Shown piece by piece: positions 36,316-46,699 of a stretch of DNA of 64,000 nt. This DNA is from a bacterium. GTDB taxonomy: Bacteria > Patescibacteriota > Patescibacteriia > Patescibacteriales > JAKAJF01. Made by a program: the position numbers and the translations under genes. The stretch is from positions 26,739-90,738 of the forward strand of contig JAJYLD010000002.1 in NCBI GenBank assembly GCA_021788015.1, written 5' to 3'. Every line of letters starts with the position of its first letter. Position 1 is the stretch's first letter. Below the pieces are notes generated by a model. The model was not told the origin of the DNA and did no database searches. It saw only the letters and a program-made list of their open reading frames with translations.

Positions 36316-37682
36316 CTCTTATATACATCATCGTATCTTTGAATATCGTCTTCTTCAAGATATGAACCCGTTTGCACTTCGATTATTTCCAAATCTGTCT
36401 TTCCCGGATTTTCAAGGCGATGCCTTGTCAAAGCGGGAATAAACGTGCTTTCATTTTCATAAAGAAATACTTCCTTGTCTCCGTTTACAACCTTTGCCGT
36501 GCCCTTGATGACCACCCAGTGTTCGGCGCGATGCATATGCGACTGCAAGCTCAATTTCGCCTCCGGATAAACCGTAATCTTTTTTACTTTATGATTCTTT
36601 TCGTCGATTAAAATTTCGTACTTCCCCCAAGGTCGATAAACGATCAAATTGTCATCGAGTTCTTTGTATTTATTCTCTTTCAAATGATTGACGATTTTCC
36701 GCACGTCTTCGCTGCGTCCTTTCTTCTGGATGAGAATGCTGTCATTATTTTCTATAATGATCAAATCGTCAACGCCGATAGTGGCGACGAGTTTTTTCTC
36801 GTCCGTGCTATGGACAAAAATATTTTCCGAATCGATTCCGAGATGTCTCGGATTTTTCTCCTTTAACAGTTCGGCCAAACTGTCGAAGGAGCCGATATCG
36901 TTCCAGCCGAATTCACCTTCGAAAACAATAACGTTTTTTGATTTTTCCGAAATGGCGTAATCGATCGAAATTGAAGGCATATTTAAAAATTTTTCAAGAA
37001 ACTCGTCCATGTTCAAGGTAAAAAGAGAAAAAATTTCCGGCGAATGCTCCTTCAGCTCGCGGGCGAAAGCGCGCGGATTAAAAATATACATGCCGGAATT
37101 CCAAACGTATTCGTCCGATTCAACATATTTTTCCGCCGTTTTTAAATCCGGCTTTTCTTTGAATTCCAAAACATGAAAATAATCTCCTTCTTTTTCGCCT
37201 TTGCGGATGTAGCCGAATCCTGTTTCCGGCTTCAAGGGCGTGACTCCGATCGTGCCGATATTGTCGCCGACTTCGGTCATGGCTCTTTTTACTATTTCCA
37301 AAAATTTTTCTTCGTTTCCGATATAATGATCCGAGGGCAAAATTAAAACCGGCGTGCCCGGATCGATTTTCGCATTTTCGGCCAAATACTTGGTGGCGTA
37401 AGCGATCGCCGGGGCTGTATTCAAACTCGCGGGCTCTATTAAAATTCGCTCCCTGTTAAAATCCTTTTCAACTTCTTTGATTTGATTGAAAACGTTATAA
37501 AAATTATCTTTGTTCGTAATAAAAAAAATGTTTTCTTTGGGCATGATTTTGCGCATGCGCAAAAAAGTCTCTTGTAAGAGAGAATTATAGCTGTAAAGCC
37601 TTAAAAACTGCTTGGGAAAATTTTTGCGCGATAGCGGCCAGAGTCTTGTGCCCGAGCCGCCGCAAAGAATGATGCTGTACAT
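36309..37682 (-). CDS. manC: Bifunctional mannose-1-phosphate guanylyltransferase / mannose-6-phosphate isomerase (type II, cupin C-terminus)
   Basis: ILCGGSGTRLWPLSR nucleotidyltransferase motif; C-terminal cupin HRLENPG. Confidence 0.8.
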   Translation of the reverse strand: MYSIILCGGSGTRLWPLSRKNFPKQFLRLYSYNSLLQETFLRMRKIMPKENIFFITNKDNFYNVFNQIKEVEKDFNRERILIEPASLNTAPAIAYATKYLAENAKIDPGTPVLILPSDHYIGNEEKFLEIVKRAMTEVGDNIGTIGVTPLKPETGFGYIRKGEKEGDYFHVLEFKEKPDLKTAEKYVESDEYVWNSGMYIFNPRAFARELKEHSPEIFSLFTLNMDEFLEKFLNMPSISIDYAISEKSKNVIVFEGEFGWNDIGSFDSLAELLKEKNPRHLGIDSENIFVHSTDEKKLVATIGVDDLIIIENNDSILIQKKGRSEDVRKIVNHLKENKYKELDDNLIVYRPWGKYEILIDEKNHKVKKITVYPEAKLSLQSHMHRAEHWVVIKGTAKVVNGDKEVFLYENESTFIPALTRHRLENPGKTDLEIIEVQTGSYLEEDDIQRYDDVYKRD

Positions 37683-37738
37683 ATTGTTTTTATCTTAATG
37701 AACATGCACTTTTTTGTCAAACAAAAAAACTCTTCGAA

Positions 37739-38053
37739 TTAGAAGAGTCTGTTAGGGGCATGATTTATAAAAGCCCTTTTTGGTTTTTCATTTTTTTCCG
37801 GGTGCGAGGAAAAAATGTCCTCAACGAGAATATTAAAGAAAAAAAGGGCGATTACGAAATAAAGAGCCATGGCGAGAACACACCAGAAAGGCGCTGCCCT
37901 ATCTGCCAATACCATCAAGGGCAACAGAAGATGCAAACATCCCGCGGAAAATAGAAATGGCCGCCATTTGCCGGCAGAAAAAAAACAGAGCCCTGCTACT
38001 GCAAAAGCCAATGCCGTTGAAGACGTCCAGAAAAGTGCTGTATTCTGTGGCAT
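37739..38053 (-). CDS. Small multi-TM membrane protein (hypothetical)
   Basis: Three hydrophobic helices; no homology recognised. Confidence 0.35.
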   Translation of the reverse strand: MPQNTALFWTSSTALAFAVAGLCFFSAGKWRPFLFSAGCLHLLLPLMVLADRAAPFWCVLAMALYFVIALFFFNILVEDIFSSHPEKNEKPKRAFINHAPNRLF

Positions 38054-38409
38054 TTCTTGCCTCCCTCGAAAGTTTTATATACAAAAAATTATTACAAAAT
38101 TGATCTCTTGTCAAGAATCTTCTTGTTAAGAAAGAAAAAAAATTATTGCGACCTTTGAAAAATTGCGTTAATAATTTTTTCGAAATGCCGTTACAAAATT
38201 TCACTGTTTGAGCGACTTTAGGAGCGAGTTTGAAATTTTGTTAGGCATACCGGAAAAATTTAGCAATTTTTCAGCGGGAGCGACTTTTTACCCCTCTTTT
38301 TCTTAGAAAAAGAGGGCGCCGCCCGCGCAGGGCCCTGCGGAGCAATCAAACAGACCGGCCGTATTCTGTTTTTTTCTGGATCCCGGGTGCCCGGGATGAC
38401 AATACGATT

Positions 38410-40623
38410 TTATCTTTTATAAATCCTCAAACTGTTCGTCACCACCGAAACCGAACTGAAGGACATGGCGGCGGCGGCGATAATCGGGTTTAGCGCGCCG
38501 GAGATGGCAAGCGGGATGGCAATTACATTATAAATAAACGCCCAAAAAAGATTCTGTTTGATTGTTCTGAAGGTTTGGCGCGAAATTTTAATCGCTTCCG
38601 TAACTTTTTCCAAATCGTTTCGCATCAAAATAATCTGGCCCGCCTCTTTCGCGATGTCGGTCGCCGAGCCGACGGCGATTCCCAAATCGGCCCGCACCAA
38701 ACTCGGCGCGTCGTTAATTCCGTCGCCGACAAATATGACTCTTTCGCCCGCTTCTTGCAGTTTTTTTATTTCATCCTCTTTCTCGGAAGGCAAAACTTCG
38801 GCCAAAACTTTTTCAATTTCCAAATCATGCGCGACCGCTTCCGCCGTTTTTTTGTTGTCGCCGGAAATCATGCCCACCTTCAACCCCATTTTTTTCAATT
38901 TTCCGATTACATTTTTCGTTTCCGCGCGAATTTCATCGGCAATTAAAATTGCGCCCGCGATTTTTTTATCAATCCCGATAAAAAGCCATGTTCCAATCTC
39001 ATTTTTTTCTAAAATTCTTTCCGCCCAACTTGCTTCGATGCCGTTTTCTTCCATCATTTTCTTGTTGCCCATAAAAACAAAAGTTTTACGGGCGGGACAA
39101 ACCGCGGCCACACCCCTGCCTTCTTTTTCTTTAAAATTTTCAAATTGAGCAAGCTCGATATCTTCTTCTTGCGCATATTCGGCTACCGCCCGCGATAGAG
39201 GATGCTCGGAATTTTTCGCGAGCGACCCCGCGATTTTTAGAACTTTATTTTCATCGCCGTCAAAATCGGCGGTATTTATCATTATTTTCCGCACTTGCGG
39301 TTCACCCTTGGTCAAAGTTCCGGTCTTATCGAAAATAATCATGGTTATATTTTTGGCACGCTCGAAGCTTTCTCCGTTTTTAAAAAGTATGCCTCTTCTC
39401 GCGCCCTTGCCCGTTCCGACCATAATCGCGGTCGGGGTAGCGAGTCCTAAAGCGCAAGGGCAGGCGATAACTAAAACGGCGATGGCGTTGATCAAAGCGA
39501 TCGTAAAATCGCCTTTGGCCAAATACCAGCCGACAAAGCTAAGCACGGCCAGAGCTATTACCGTCGGCACAAAGATGCCGGAAATTTTGTCCGCCAATTT
39601 TTGCACGGGCGCTTTCGAACCTTGCGCGTCCTCGACGGTCTTGATTATTTGCGCCAGAACCGTGCCTTCGCCGACTTGCGTAACTTTAATTTTTAAAACT
39701 CCGCTTTGATTGATCGTCGCGCCGAACACTTTCGAGCCATTTCTTTTCTCAACCGGCATCGACTCGCCCGTAAGCATGGCTTCGTTCACGCTCGATTCTC
39801 CTTCCGTCACTTCGCCGTCCAACGGAATTTTTTCGCTCGGCTTGACTAAAAGCACATCCCCGATTTTTACTTCACTGATATCGATTTCTCTTTCGGTGTC
39901 ATTAATCAAAATTCTCGCTTTTTTCGCACCAAGTTCCATTAATTTGCGCATGGCTTCGCCGGCCCGGCCGGTCGATTTCGCTTCGAAAAATTTTCCGAGC
40001 AAAATCAAAGTAACGATCAAAGCCGCCGACTCGAAATAGCCCATCCGGCCGTTAAACACCGCCCAAAGACTGTAAAAATAAGCGGCCAAAGTACCCATGG
40101 AAACTAAGGTGTCCATGTTCGCATTCAGATGCCGCGCTTGTTTAAACGCCATTTTATGAAAACGCCAGCCGAAATAAAAAACGACGACGGTGGCCAAAAT
40201 AAACTGGAACCATATCGCCAAATCAAGATTTAAAATCATGACACCGGCGTGGAATTTATAAATCATTTCGACAAGCAAAGGCAAGCTGAAAATGACCGAA
40301 CCCAAAAATGCCCGCCAAGTTTTTTTCATATCTTCCGCTTCATGAACATGACCGCCATTCTCCATATGCATGTGATGCATACGCATTTCTTCTTCGTGAT
40401 GAGGCAAAAAAGATTCTTCGACATCGTATCCGTTATCCTTAATCACTTTCACCACTTGATCCACGTTTAAAACGTTTTCATCATATTCAACCGTAGCTTT
40501 TTTTGTCGCGAAATTTACGTTCGCGTTTAAAATACCCTTGGTTTTAGTAAGAGCTTTTTCGTTATTGAGAGCGCAACTCGCGCAGGTCATGCCGGTTACG
40601 GTTATAGTTAATTTTTTTGACAT
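38410..40623 (-). CDS. copA: Copper-translocating P-type ATPase
   Basis: N-terminal HMA GMTCASC, CPC in TM6 ([11 protein letters not shown]), [13 protein letters not shown]. Confidence 0.9.
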   Translation of the reverse strand: MSKKLTITVTGMTCASCALNNEKALTKTKGILNANVNFATKKATVEYDENVLNVDQVVKVIKDNGYDVEESFLPHHEEEMRMHHMHMENGGHVHEAEDMKKTWRAFLGSVIFSLPLLVEMIYKFHAGVMILNLDLAIWFQFILATVVVFYFGWRFHKMAFKQARHLNANMDTLVSMGTLAAYFYSLWAVFNGRMGYFESAALIVTLILLGKFFEAKSTGRAGEAMRKLMELGAKKARILINDTEREIDISEVKIGDVLLVKPSEKIPLDGEVTEGESSVNEAMLTGESMPVEKRNGSKVFGATINQSGVLKIKVTQVGEGTVLAQIIKTVEDAQGSKAPVQKLADKISGIFVPTVIALAVLSFVGWYLAKGDFTIALINAIAVLVIACPCALGLATPTAIMVGTGKGARRGILFKNGESFERAKNITMIIFDKTGTLTKGEPQVRKIMINTADFDGDENKVLKIAGSLAKNSEHPLSRAVAEYAQEEDIELAQFENFKEKEGRGVAAVCPARKTFVFMGNKKMMEENGIEASWAERILEKNEIGTWLFIGIDKKIAGAILIADEIRAETKNVIGKLKKMGLKVGMISGDNKKTAEAVAHDLEIEKVLAEVLPSEKEDEIKKLQEAGERVIFVGDGINDAPSLVRADLGIAVGSATDIAKEAGQIILMRNDLEKVTEAIKISRQTFRTIKQNLFWAFIYNVIAIPLAISGALNPIIAAAAMSFSSVSVVTNSLRIYKR

Positions 40624-40868
40624 AAAATTAGATGATAGAAGGCAGACGACAGATTTTTAAAATTCTAAATCCTAAATTCACCCCGGCACCTTCAAGATTT
40701 TGTTTCCGAATAATTTATTTCTAAACCTTAAGTTTTAAAAAACCAAAATTTTGTTTTTAATTACGAAAGGCGCGGGGCAAGAATCCAAAATTATAAATCC
40801 GAATGGCGAAACGTTTTGAATTTTAATTTTTTGTTATTTGAAATTATTTAGAAGTTAGGTATTAGGAT

Positions 40869-41087
40869 TTAGAATTTTTCTACATCTGTTACTTTATACT
40901 CCGTTCCCTCAAGAGCTTTTTGAACTTCATCCAAACCGATTTCGCGATCAGCTTTAATTTCCGTTTCGCCATGAACGTCTTTAATTTCAATTTCTTTCAC
41001 TCCCGGAATTTCGGAAATCAATTTTTTCGAAGTGCTTATACATCCTTCGCAATGGAGATTGTTTATTTTAAACTTGATTGTGTTCAT
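40869..41087 (-). CDS. copZ: HMA-domain copper chaperone
   Basis: 72 aa, LHCEGC metal-binding loop, ferredoxin-like HMA fold. Confidence 0.75.
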   Translation of the reverse strand: MNTIKFKINNLHCEGCISTSKKLISEIPGVKEIEIKDVHGETEIKADREIGLDEVQKALEGTEYKVTDVEKF

Positions 41088-41096
41088 AGTAATATT

Positions 41097-42542
41097 TTAA
41101 TTATTGGTGCCGCAATTTGCGTCCGGGGTTAACCCGCAGGTTGAATCCTGACCCGTGTTACCATTGCCGCTTTCCGTTTTCGCGTTTGTATCATCCGTAA
41201 CAGTAAACGCACCCGTATACATGCCCATGGAGCAGGAAAAATCTATTTTACCCGCGGCGGAAGGAGTGAATTTAACCACGTTTTCTCCCTTTTTTAAATT
41301 CAACTGTAGACCGAGTCTCGGCGCGTATAAGCTGGAGGCGCAGGAATAAGGTTCTTTGGCGTCGATAATCCATTCGACCGGCACGCCCTTTTTAATCGTG
41401 AACGAACTCGGCGCATAGCCGTAACCTTCTTCGGTCATCCTGACGATCTGAACATCGTTTTGCGCATGCGAACCCGAGAAAACGCTTCCTTGGTTTAAAT
41501 TCGAATCGGAACCGAAACCGAGACTGGTTAAACGCGCGCCGTTCGAGATATTGAAAAAAGCGAGAAAAAGAACGGCAATGCCGGCGAATTTAAAAAACTT
41601 TTTCGCAAACGAACCTTTGACGACCGAAGTTAAGCCGCCGACGCCCAAAAGCCCGGGCACCGTACCCAAAGCGAACAAAGCCATGATAAGACCGCCGGTC
41701 ATAAAACTGCCTGTGCTTAAAGCGTAAACTTGCATGGCCTGAGTGAATCCGCAAGGAAGAAAAAAAGTCAGCGCGCCCAAAATGAATGAATTTTTATGGT
41801 TGTATTCTTTCTCGTGTCGCTTTATTCCGAGAATGCGTGTCAAACTTTTTGGCAATGTCAATTTAAAATTCTTAGAACGGGGAAAAACTTCGATCAGCTG
41901 AACGCCCAAACCGAGCATCAATAATCCGACTAAAATTGTTAAAAGCCCGGTAAGAAGGGGAGAGAGCCGAAAAGCCGATCCCAAGAGTCCTAAAATTCCG
42001 CCCAAAACGCCGAAGCCGATTACTCTTCCTAAATTAAAAAAAAGATGGGGGCGAAACCTTTCCAGGCGCGTCGCCTCCGGATGAGCTTCCGCGTGACGCG
42101 CGGAAATACCGAGAATCAAACCGCCGACCAAGGCCATACAAGAAGAAACGCCGGCCGTAAGCCCGACCAAAATCGGGATAAGCAATCCGGAAGGGTTGGA
42201 AAAACTGGCAATGCTTGCATTAAAAATGCCGAAAGCTTTCAAAATAAAGTAAATGCCGACGGCAAAAAGAAAAGCGATGCTCAAATCAAGATAATCTTTT
42301 TTGTTTTTGGAAAAAAACGGTTCCTTTCCGGATATTCCTATTTCATAGCCAGCGCCATGAACCGCTTTTTCTATTTCACCCATGTTCGGTCCATCGCCAT
42401 CAAAATAAATTTCCGCGTTTTGTTTTTTATGATTCGCTTCCGCGTTCTTTACCCCCGTTATTCCCTTAAGATTATTCTCGATTAAAATCTCGCAGGAACG
42501 GCAATGCATGCCTTTAATCGGCACCTTTATTTTTTTTGTCAT
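41097..42542 (-). CDS. HMA-domain fused to DsbD_2/CcdA-like transmembrane core with C-terminal cupredoxin-like domain (putative metal handling)
   Basis: N-terminal GMHCRSC HMA; multi-TM with conserved Cys; C-terminal beta-rich domain with Cys/Met/His ligand candidates. Confidence 0.55.
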   Translation of the reverse strand: MTKKIKVPIKGMHCRSCEILIENNLKGITGVKNAEANHKKQNAEIYFDGDGPNMGEIEKAVHGAGYEIGISGKEPFFSKNKKDYLDLSIAFLFAVGIYFILKAFGIFNASIASFSNPSGLLIPILVGLTAGVSSCMALVGGLILGISARHAEAHPEATRLERFRPHLFFNLGRVIGFGVLGGILGLLGSAFRLSPLLTGLLTILVGLLMLGLGVQLIEVFPRSKNFKLTLPKSLTRILGIKRHEKEYNHKNSFILGALTFFLPCGFTQAMQVYALSTGSFMTGGLIMALFALGTVPGLLGVGGLTSVVKGSFAKKFFKFAGIAVLFLAFFNISNGARLTSLGFGSDSNLNQGSVFSGSHAQNDVQIVRMTEEGYGYAPSSFTIKKGVPVEWIIDAKEPYSCASSLYAPRLGLQLNLKKGENVVKFTPSAAGKIDFSCSMGMYTGAFTVTDDTNAKTESGNGNTGQDSTCGLTPDANCGTNN

Positions 42543-42682
42543 AATTTATGATAAGCTGTCATACCTATAATACATGCCGGCATCAAAAAAATTTCAAACC
42601 GACTTAAAACAATCCGTTTCTGATTTTCATGATTTCCAAAAATTTTTGAGTGCTGAAAATTTTTCGATTCTTGTTTCTTCCG

Positions 42683-43003
42683 CTATTTCCCCATTATATC
42701 TTTTTTCTTTTGTTCGTATTCTTCTTTGTTAATCTCACCCTTCGCATATCTTTCGTCTAAAATACGTAAAGCGTCTTTTTCGCCTTCTTCATCGCAATAC
42801 GGGCAATGTCCGCGTCCGTGGCGATGCCCATAGTGCCGCCAGTATCCTCGCCCAGGCATAGTAAGGGCTCGAATCAGAGCGATGACGATACAGATAATAA
42901 TAATCCAAAAAACGATCATGAAAATTACGCCCATAAAACCGTATCCCGCTCCCCAATTGCCATAATATCCCATCATATTTTTCACCTCCCTTCTTATATA
43001 CAC
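42683..43003 (-). CDS. SHOCT-domain membrane protein
   Basis: TM segment then C-terminal ILDERYAKGEINKEEYEQKKKDI (SHOCT). Confidence 0.6.
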   Translation of the reverse strand: MYIRREVKNMMGYYGNWGAGYGFMGVIFMIVFWIIIICIVIALIRALTMPGRGYWRHYGHRHGRGHCPYCDEEGEKDALRILDERYAKGEINKEEYEQKKKDIMGK

Positions 43004-43138
43004 ACGAAGTTTAACGAATACGACACGAAGCTTAACGAATTAAATCCATCTTTAATTCTATTTAAAACATTGCTCAAAAATCGAGGCTCGCGCTATCTTT
43101 CGTGTTTATTCGTGTGCCTATTCGTTTATTTTTTGTGT

Positions 43139-43894
43139 TTAGTTTTGCAACTTGCCGTCGATAATTTGTTTTATTTGATCGTACGGATAAGCTCCTTGCA
43201 CTTCTTGGCCGTTGATAAAACTTGTCGGAGTGCCGTTTACGCCAAGCTGCTGACCTTCGGCCAAGTCTTTGTCGACTTTCTGCGCGGCTTCGCTGCCGGC
43301 GGTACAGGCATTGAATTTATTCATGTTTAATCCCATGCTTTGCGCCAGTTGGCCGAAATAGGAATCCGTAAACTTATCCTGGTTCCCGAAAAGCGTATAG
43401 CCGTATTCCCAAAATTTGCCCTGTTCGCCCGCGCATTGCGCCGCGATCGCCGCTTTTCTCGCGTAAGGATGGATCGAGGTGAGCGGAAAATATTTCCAAA
43501 CCCAACGCACTTTGCCCTTGTAATCCTGCATAATCTGTTGCATGGTTTGTTCGAAACGTGCGCAGTACGGGCATTCGAAATCGGAGAATTCGACGATGGT
43601 AACGGGAGCGTTTTTGTCTCCTTGAGTCCAATCGTCTTTCGAAATTTGTACGTTTACGTTTGTCGGGGTCGGCTGCGCGGCCGGAGCGGAATTGGAATTG
43701 CCGTTGGCATTGTTGCCGTTGTCATTGGCCTGAACCGTGTTTGCGCTATCGCTTGCGCCGTTATTGTTCGCGGCGCTAGAGAGATCTTTGCCTTTTTGAA
43801 AATAGGCGACGGTCATGATGATGAACCCGGTCAAAGAGATAACCGCGATCCCCGCGGCCAGGCCCAGAAGAAAATTTGTTTGTTTTTCTGACAT
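43139..43894 (-). CDS. Membrane-anchored thioredoxin-fold DsbA-like thiol:disulfide oxidoreductase
   Basis: CPYC active site, N-terminal TM anchor, Asn-rich linker. Confidence 0.7.
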   Translation of the reverse strand: MSEKQTNFLLGLAAGIAVISLTGFIIMTVAYFQKGKDLSSAANNNGASDSANTVQANDNGNNANGNSNSAPAAQPTPTNVNVQISKDDWTQGDKNAPVTIVEFSDFECPYCARFEQTMQQIMQDYKGKVRWVWKYFPLTSIHPYARKAAIAAQCAGEQGKFWEYGYTLFGNQDKFTDSYFGQLAQSMGLNMNKFNACTAGSEAAQKVDKDLAEGQQLGVNGTPTSFINGQEVQGAYPYDQIKQIIDGKLQN

Positions 43895-43994
43895 AAATTA
43901 TAATTTTGATGATTCAAATTATTTCGAATACTTCGAATATTTTTTAAAGAAAATTCGCGACATTCGTGTAATAATTTGAGTCATTCGCATTATG

Positions 43995-44288
43995 TTATTT
44001 ATTTGATAATTTTGTAACTTTTAAAATTTCATCCGTCATTTCCTGCTTCAACTTTTCGTTTTTCGAGGCTATGGCGTTTTTAAAACAGGAATTTAAATGA
44101 TTTTCCATCAACATCTGATGCGCCGATTTCAGAAGCCCGATGGCGGCCAAATTCTGCTGCATGATATCGATGCAGTAGTTCCTCTCTTCCGTCATTTTAA
44201 TAATTTTTTGGAGAAGTGTCGAGGCTTTTTTAAAATTGATTAGCGCCCGTTCGTGTTTTTTTGACATAAATTTCTCTAAAACTGGCAC
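43995..44288 (-). CDS. csoR: CsoR/RcnR-family metal-sensing transcriptional repressor
   Basis: 97 aa; conserved Cys-His-Cys ligand pattern (YCIDIMQQ ... H....C). Confidence 0.65.
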   Translation of the reverse strand: MPVLEKFMSKKHERALINFKKASTLLQKIIKMTEERNYCIDIMQQNLAAIGLLKSAHQMLMENHLNSCFKNAIASKNEKLKQEMTDEILKVTKLSNK

Positions 44289-44452
44289 CCCTACCCAGGG
44301 TGTAGGTCTATTATACCGCGAAGTCGAAGGAGGGTCAAGAGAAAAAGAAATTTTATAATTAGATAAAAATTCAAAATTTTTAACTCTGTTTTATTTTTTT
44401 AACAAGAGTTTTTTAACTTTTAAAAAAAGAAAAACGACCACTTGAGTAGCCG

Positions 44453-46516
44453 TTAAATAAAATGAGAAAGATCAAGCACATCTCTGTAAGAATCAAGTTT
44501 GGCTTCTATGCCCAACTCATCACGAACAACGCCTTTTACTTTCGTTATTACTTGCGAAAGGTGCGAAATCGGAGCCTCCTTCGGCAATTGTTTTGCCATT
44601 TCTTTTAGCTCCGACCACGAAAATCTTCCCCTGTTAATCCACCAGGGCACGGAAGAAGTTACGCCATAGGCCCAATGCTCACGGCAGGCCTGTTCAAGCA
44701 TATCACGGAGCGCTTCCACTCTCTTACGGCTCACATTTTTGTAATGAAAATCTTTATTGAGGTGGAGCGGCCTCGAATCCGGCAAAACCTCGATAAGGTC
44801 GCTGTGTGTCCCCTCCCGTTCTTCCCTGGACATGCGAGCAAGTCGGTAGCGACCCCCTTTAATAGTGAGAATGGAATCGCCATGTTCCTCTAAAAAAGCG
44901 AGCCATTTAAGACTGGAGCTCAACGGCTCTCCCGGTAGACTGGTCATCAAAAAAACATGAGTTTGTATCCCAGCATTTTTCAAGTTGGCCAGAATCTTGC
45001 CGTAGTTTTCCGGATGATTCCAGTTTTTATGCTCCCGTTTAAGCGTTTCCGGAGAAAGACTTTCCAGTCCCAGTTGAACACCTCTGCAACCCGCCTTGTA
45101 AAGCCGACCGCAGACATCCTCGTTTAAAAGATCACTTGTCACGGTCATATAACACTGCCAAGTTGCGGGATGCCCCAATCTTTTAAGCTCGTCGCCTAAA
45201 GAGAGTTGACGTTTTAAGGAGAAGGTTTCGTCGGTTATGTCATGCCGGAGGTTTCCGAGCCGGACCATGTGTTCGGCAATCCGCTTTGGGCTCATTGCTC
45301 TCGCCCGCATGCGGTAAGTATCACTGCCCGCAGATATGGCGCAGAAGCCGCAACCGGTGGGACAGTTGGACATGGTGTAAAGGGGATAAACGTCGTCAGC
45401 AGACCACTGCCTCGCGCCTCCGTCGAACTCCGGCGTTGGCAATGCTTCAAAGTCTGAAGGTACGTCGGGCAACGGGTTTCTTACTAACGAGCCCGAACGT
45501 CTCCAGATTATTGAGGGTGCTTCTGAAGGTTTTAACGTCGCCGCCATTATCCGAAGAGGTTGAAATCCTTCGCGATACACTATGGCATCGCAATAATCGA
45601 AAAGCTTTGCCATCTCCGGACGGTCATAGGCATCGTTTACCCTTGACCAGAAGTTACCGCCTAAAACAACGAGCGTGTTCGGCATCGCCTCTTTTATCAT
45701 TGAGGCGAAAATGCATCCAGGTATAAGTTGTCGTTCATCGGCAATACTGATCCCATAAATATGCGGCTTTGAGCTTAGCGCTAATGGAACTTCGACCTCG
45801 TTGAAGTAGTCGTACCATAAATTCTTCTCGCGTCGCTCTATTGCGGTTAGCAACCCTTCGATCGTCCCGTTTCCGTAGACGCATACATAACTGACATTAT
45901 TTCTTTCCACGGCGAACTTGTCAGGCGTAACTATGGAGCGGGAGATTTTCTCGAAAGTCATCCTTGCTTGGTAAAAATTAAGAATGTCGCTTTTCGGACT
46001 TCGGATTATACGCAAGGCTTCCTCAATATCACCATTTTGCTTAAGCAAGTATTCCAGGCCGAGAATATGGCTGTACCTTTGGACAACCTCGTGCCCGTCT
46101 TGTCGAAGAAGGGATGAAAGTTGGGATACCCCGGCTGGCATGTGCCATGGGGAATTAGCCGGAGGATAGTTTAAAAAAATTCTCCGCGGCTCTAATGCGA
46201 TCAGAAAAAAGAGAGGTTCGGGTTTGAATACTTTGCTTTTTAGTTTAACGTTTACGTGTGAAGTTGGCTTTACAGGCACCTTAGACCAACCGAGACCGAA
46301 TTTCTTTATAAAACATTTACCGTTTGTTACCGCAATAGTTCTCTCCTCGTTGACTTGCAGAGTTATTTTTTCCCCGTTGGGAAGGTAAACATAGGTTGGG
46401 GCGCTATGTCCGGAAAAATCCTCACCCCTTACATGCAGGGCGTACGTAACATCCACCGAAAAATTAAGGACTATCACAACAACAGCAAGACAAAGGCAAA
46501 AAAAATTTTTTATCAT
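44453..46516 (-). CDS. B12-binding-domain radical SAM enzyme with unusual N-terminal signal/TM-anchored ~100-aa extension
   Basis: CPTGCGFC cluster motif; B12-binding-like LIALEPRRIFLNYPPANSPWHMPAGVSQLSSLLRQDGHEV; hydrophobic N-terminus MIKNFFCLCLAVVVIVLNF. Confidence 0.7.
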   Translation of the reverse strand: MIKNFFCLCLAVVVIVLNFSVDVTYALHVRGEDFSGHSAPTYVYLPNGEKITLQVNEERTIAVTNGKCFIKKFGLGWSKVPVKPTSHVNVKLKSKVFKPEPLFFLIALEPRRIFLNYPPANSPWHMPAGVSQLSSLLRQDGHEVVQRYSHILGLEYLLKQNGDIEEALRIIRSPKSDILNFYQARMTFEKISRSIVTPDKFAVERNNVSYVCVYGNGTIEGLLTAIERREKNLWYDYFNEVEVPLALSSKPHIYGISIADERQLIPGCIFASMIKEAMPNTLVVLGGNFWSRVNDAYDRPEMAKLFDYCDAIVYREGFQPLRIMAATLKPSEAPSIIWRRSGSLVRNPLPDVPSDFEALPTPEFDGGARQWSADDVYPLYTMSNCPTGCGFCAISAGSDTYRMRARAMSPKRIAEHMVRLGNLRHDITDETFSLKRQLSLGDELKRLGHPATWQCYMTVTSDLLNEDVCGRLYKAGCRGVQLGLESLSPETLKREHKNWNHPENYGKILANLKNAGIQTHVFLMTSLPGEPLSSSLKWLAFLEEHGDSILTIKGGRYRLARMSREEREGTHSDLIEVLPDSRPLHLNKDFHYKNVSRKRVEALRDMLEQACREHWAYGVTSSVPWWINRGRFSWSELKEMAKQLPKEAPISHLSQVITKVKGVVRDELGIEAKLDSYRDVLDLSHFI

Positions 46517-46699
46517 TTTCCTCCTCCCGAAAGATTTTTTCTAAAGGTCGCAATCTCTACTCGAGATTGATATTACTTTATAACAAAAATATGTTAAAAA
46601 AACAAGGGGTGCGCCTTTCTTCCTTTTTTCTACTCTTTAGAAAAAGAGCTTGGCTCCACTCGGAGCTAAGCTCTAATTTTTCTGTCGTCCGTCACCTGT

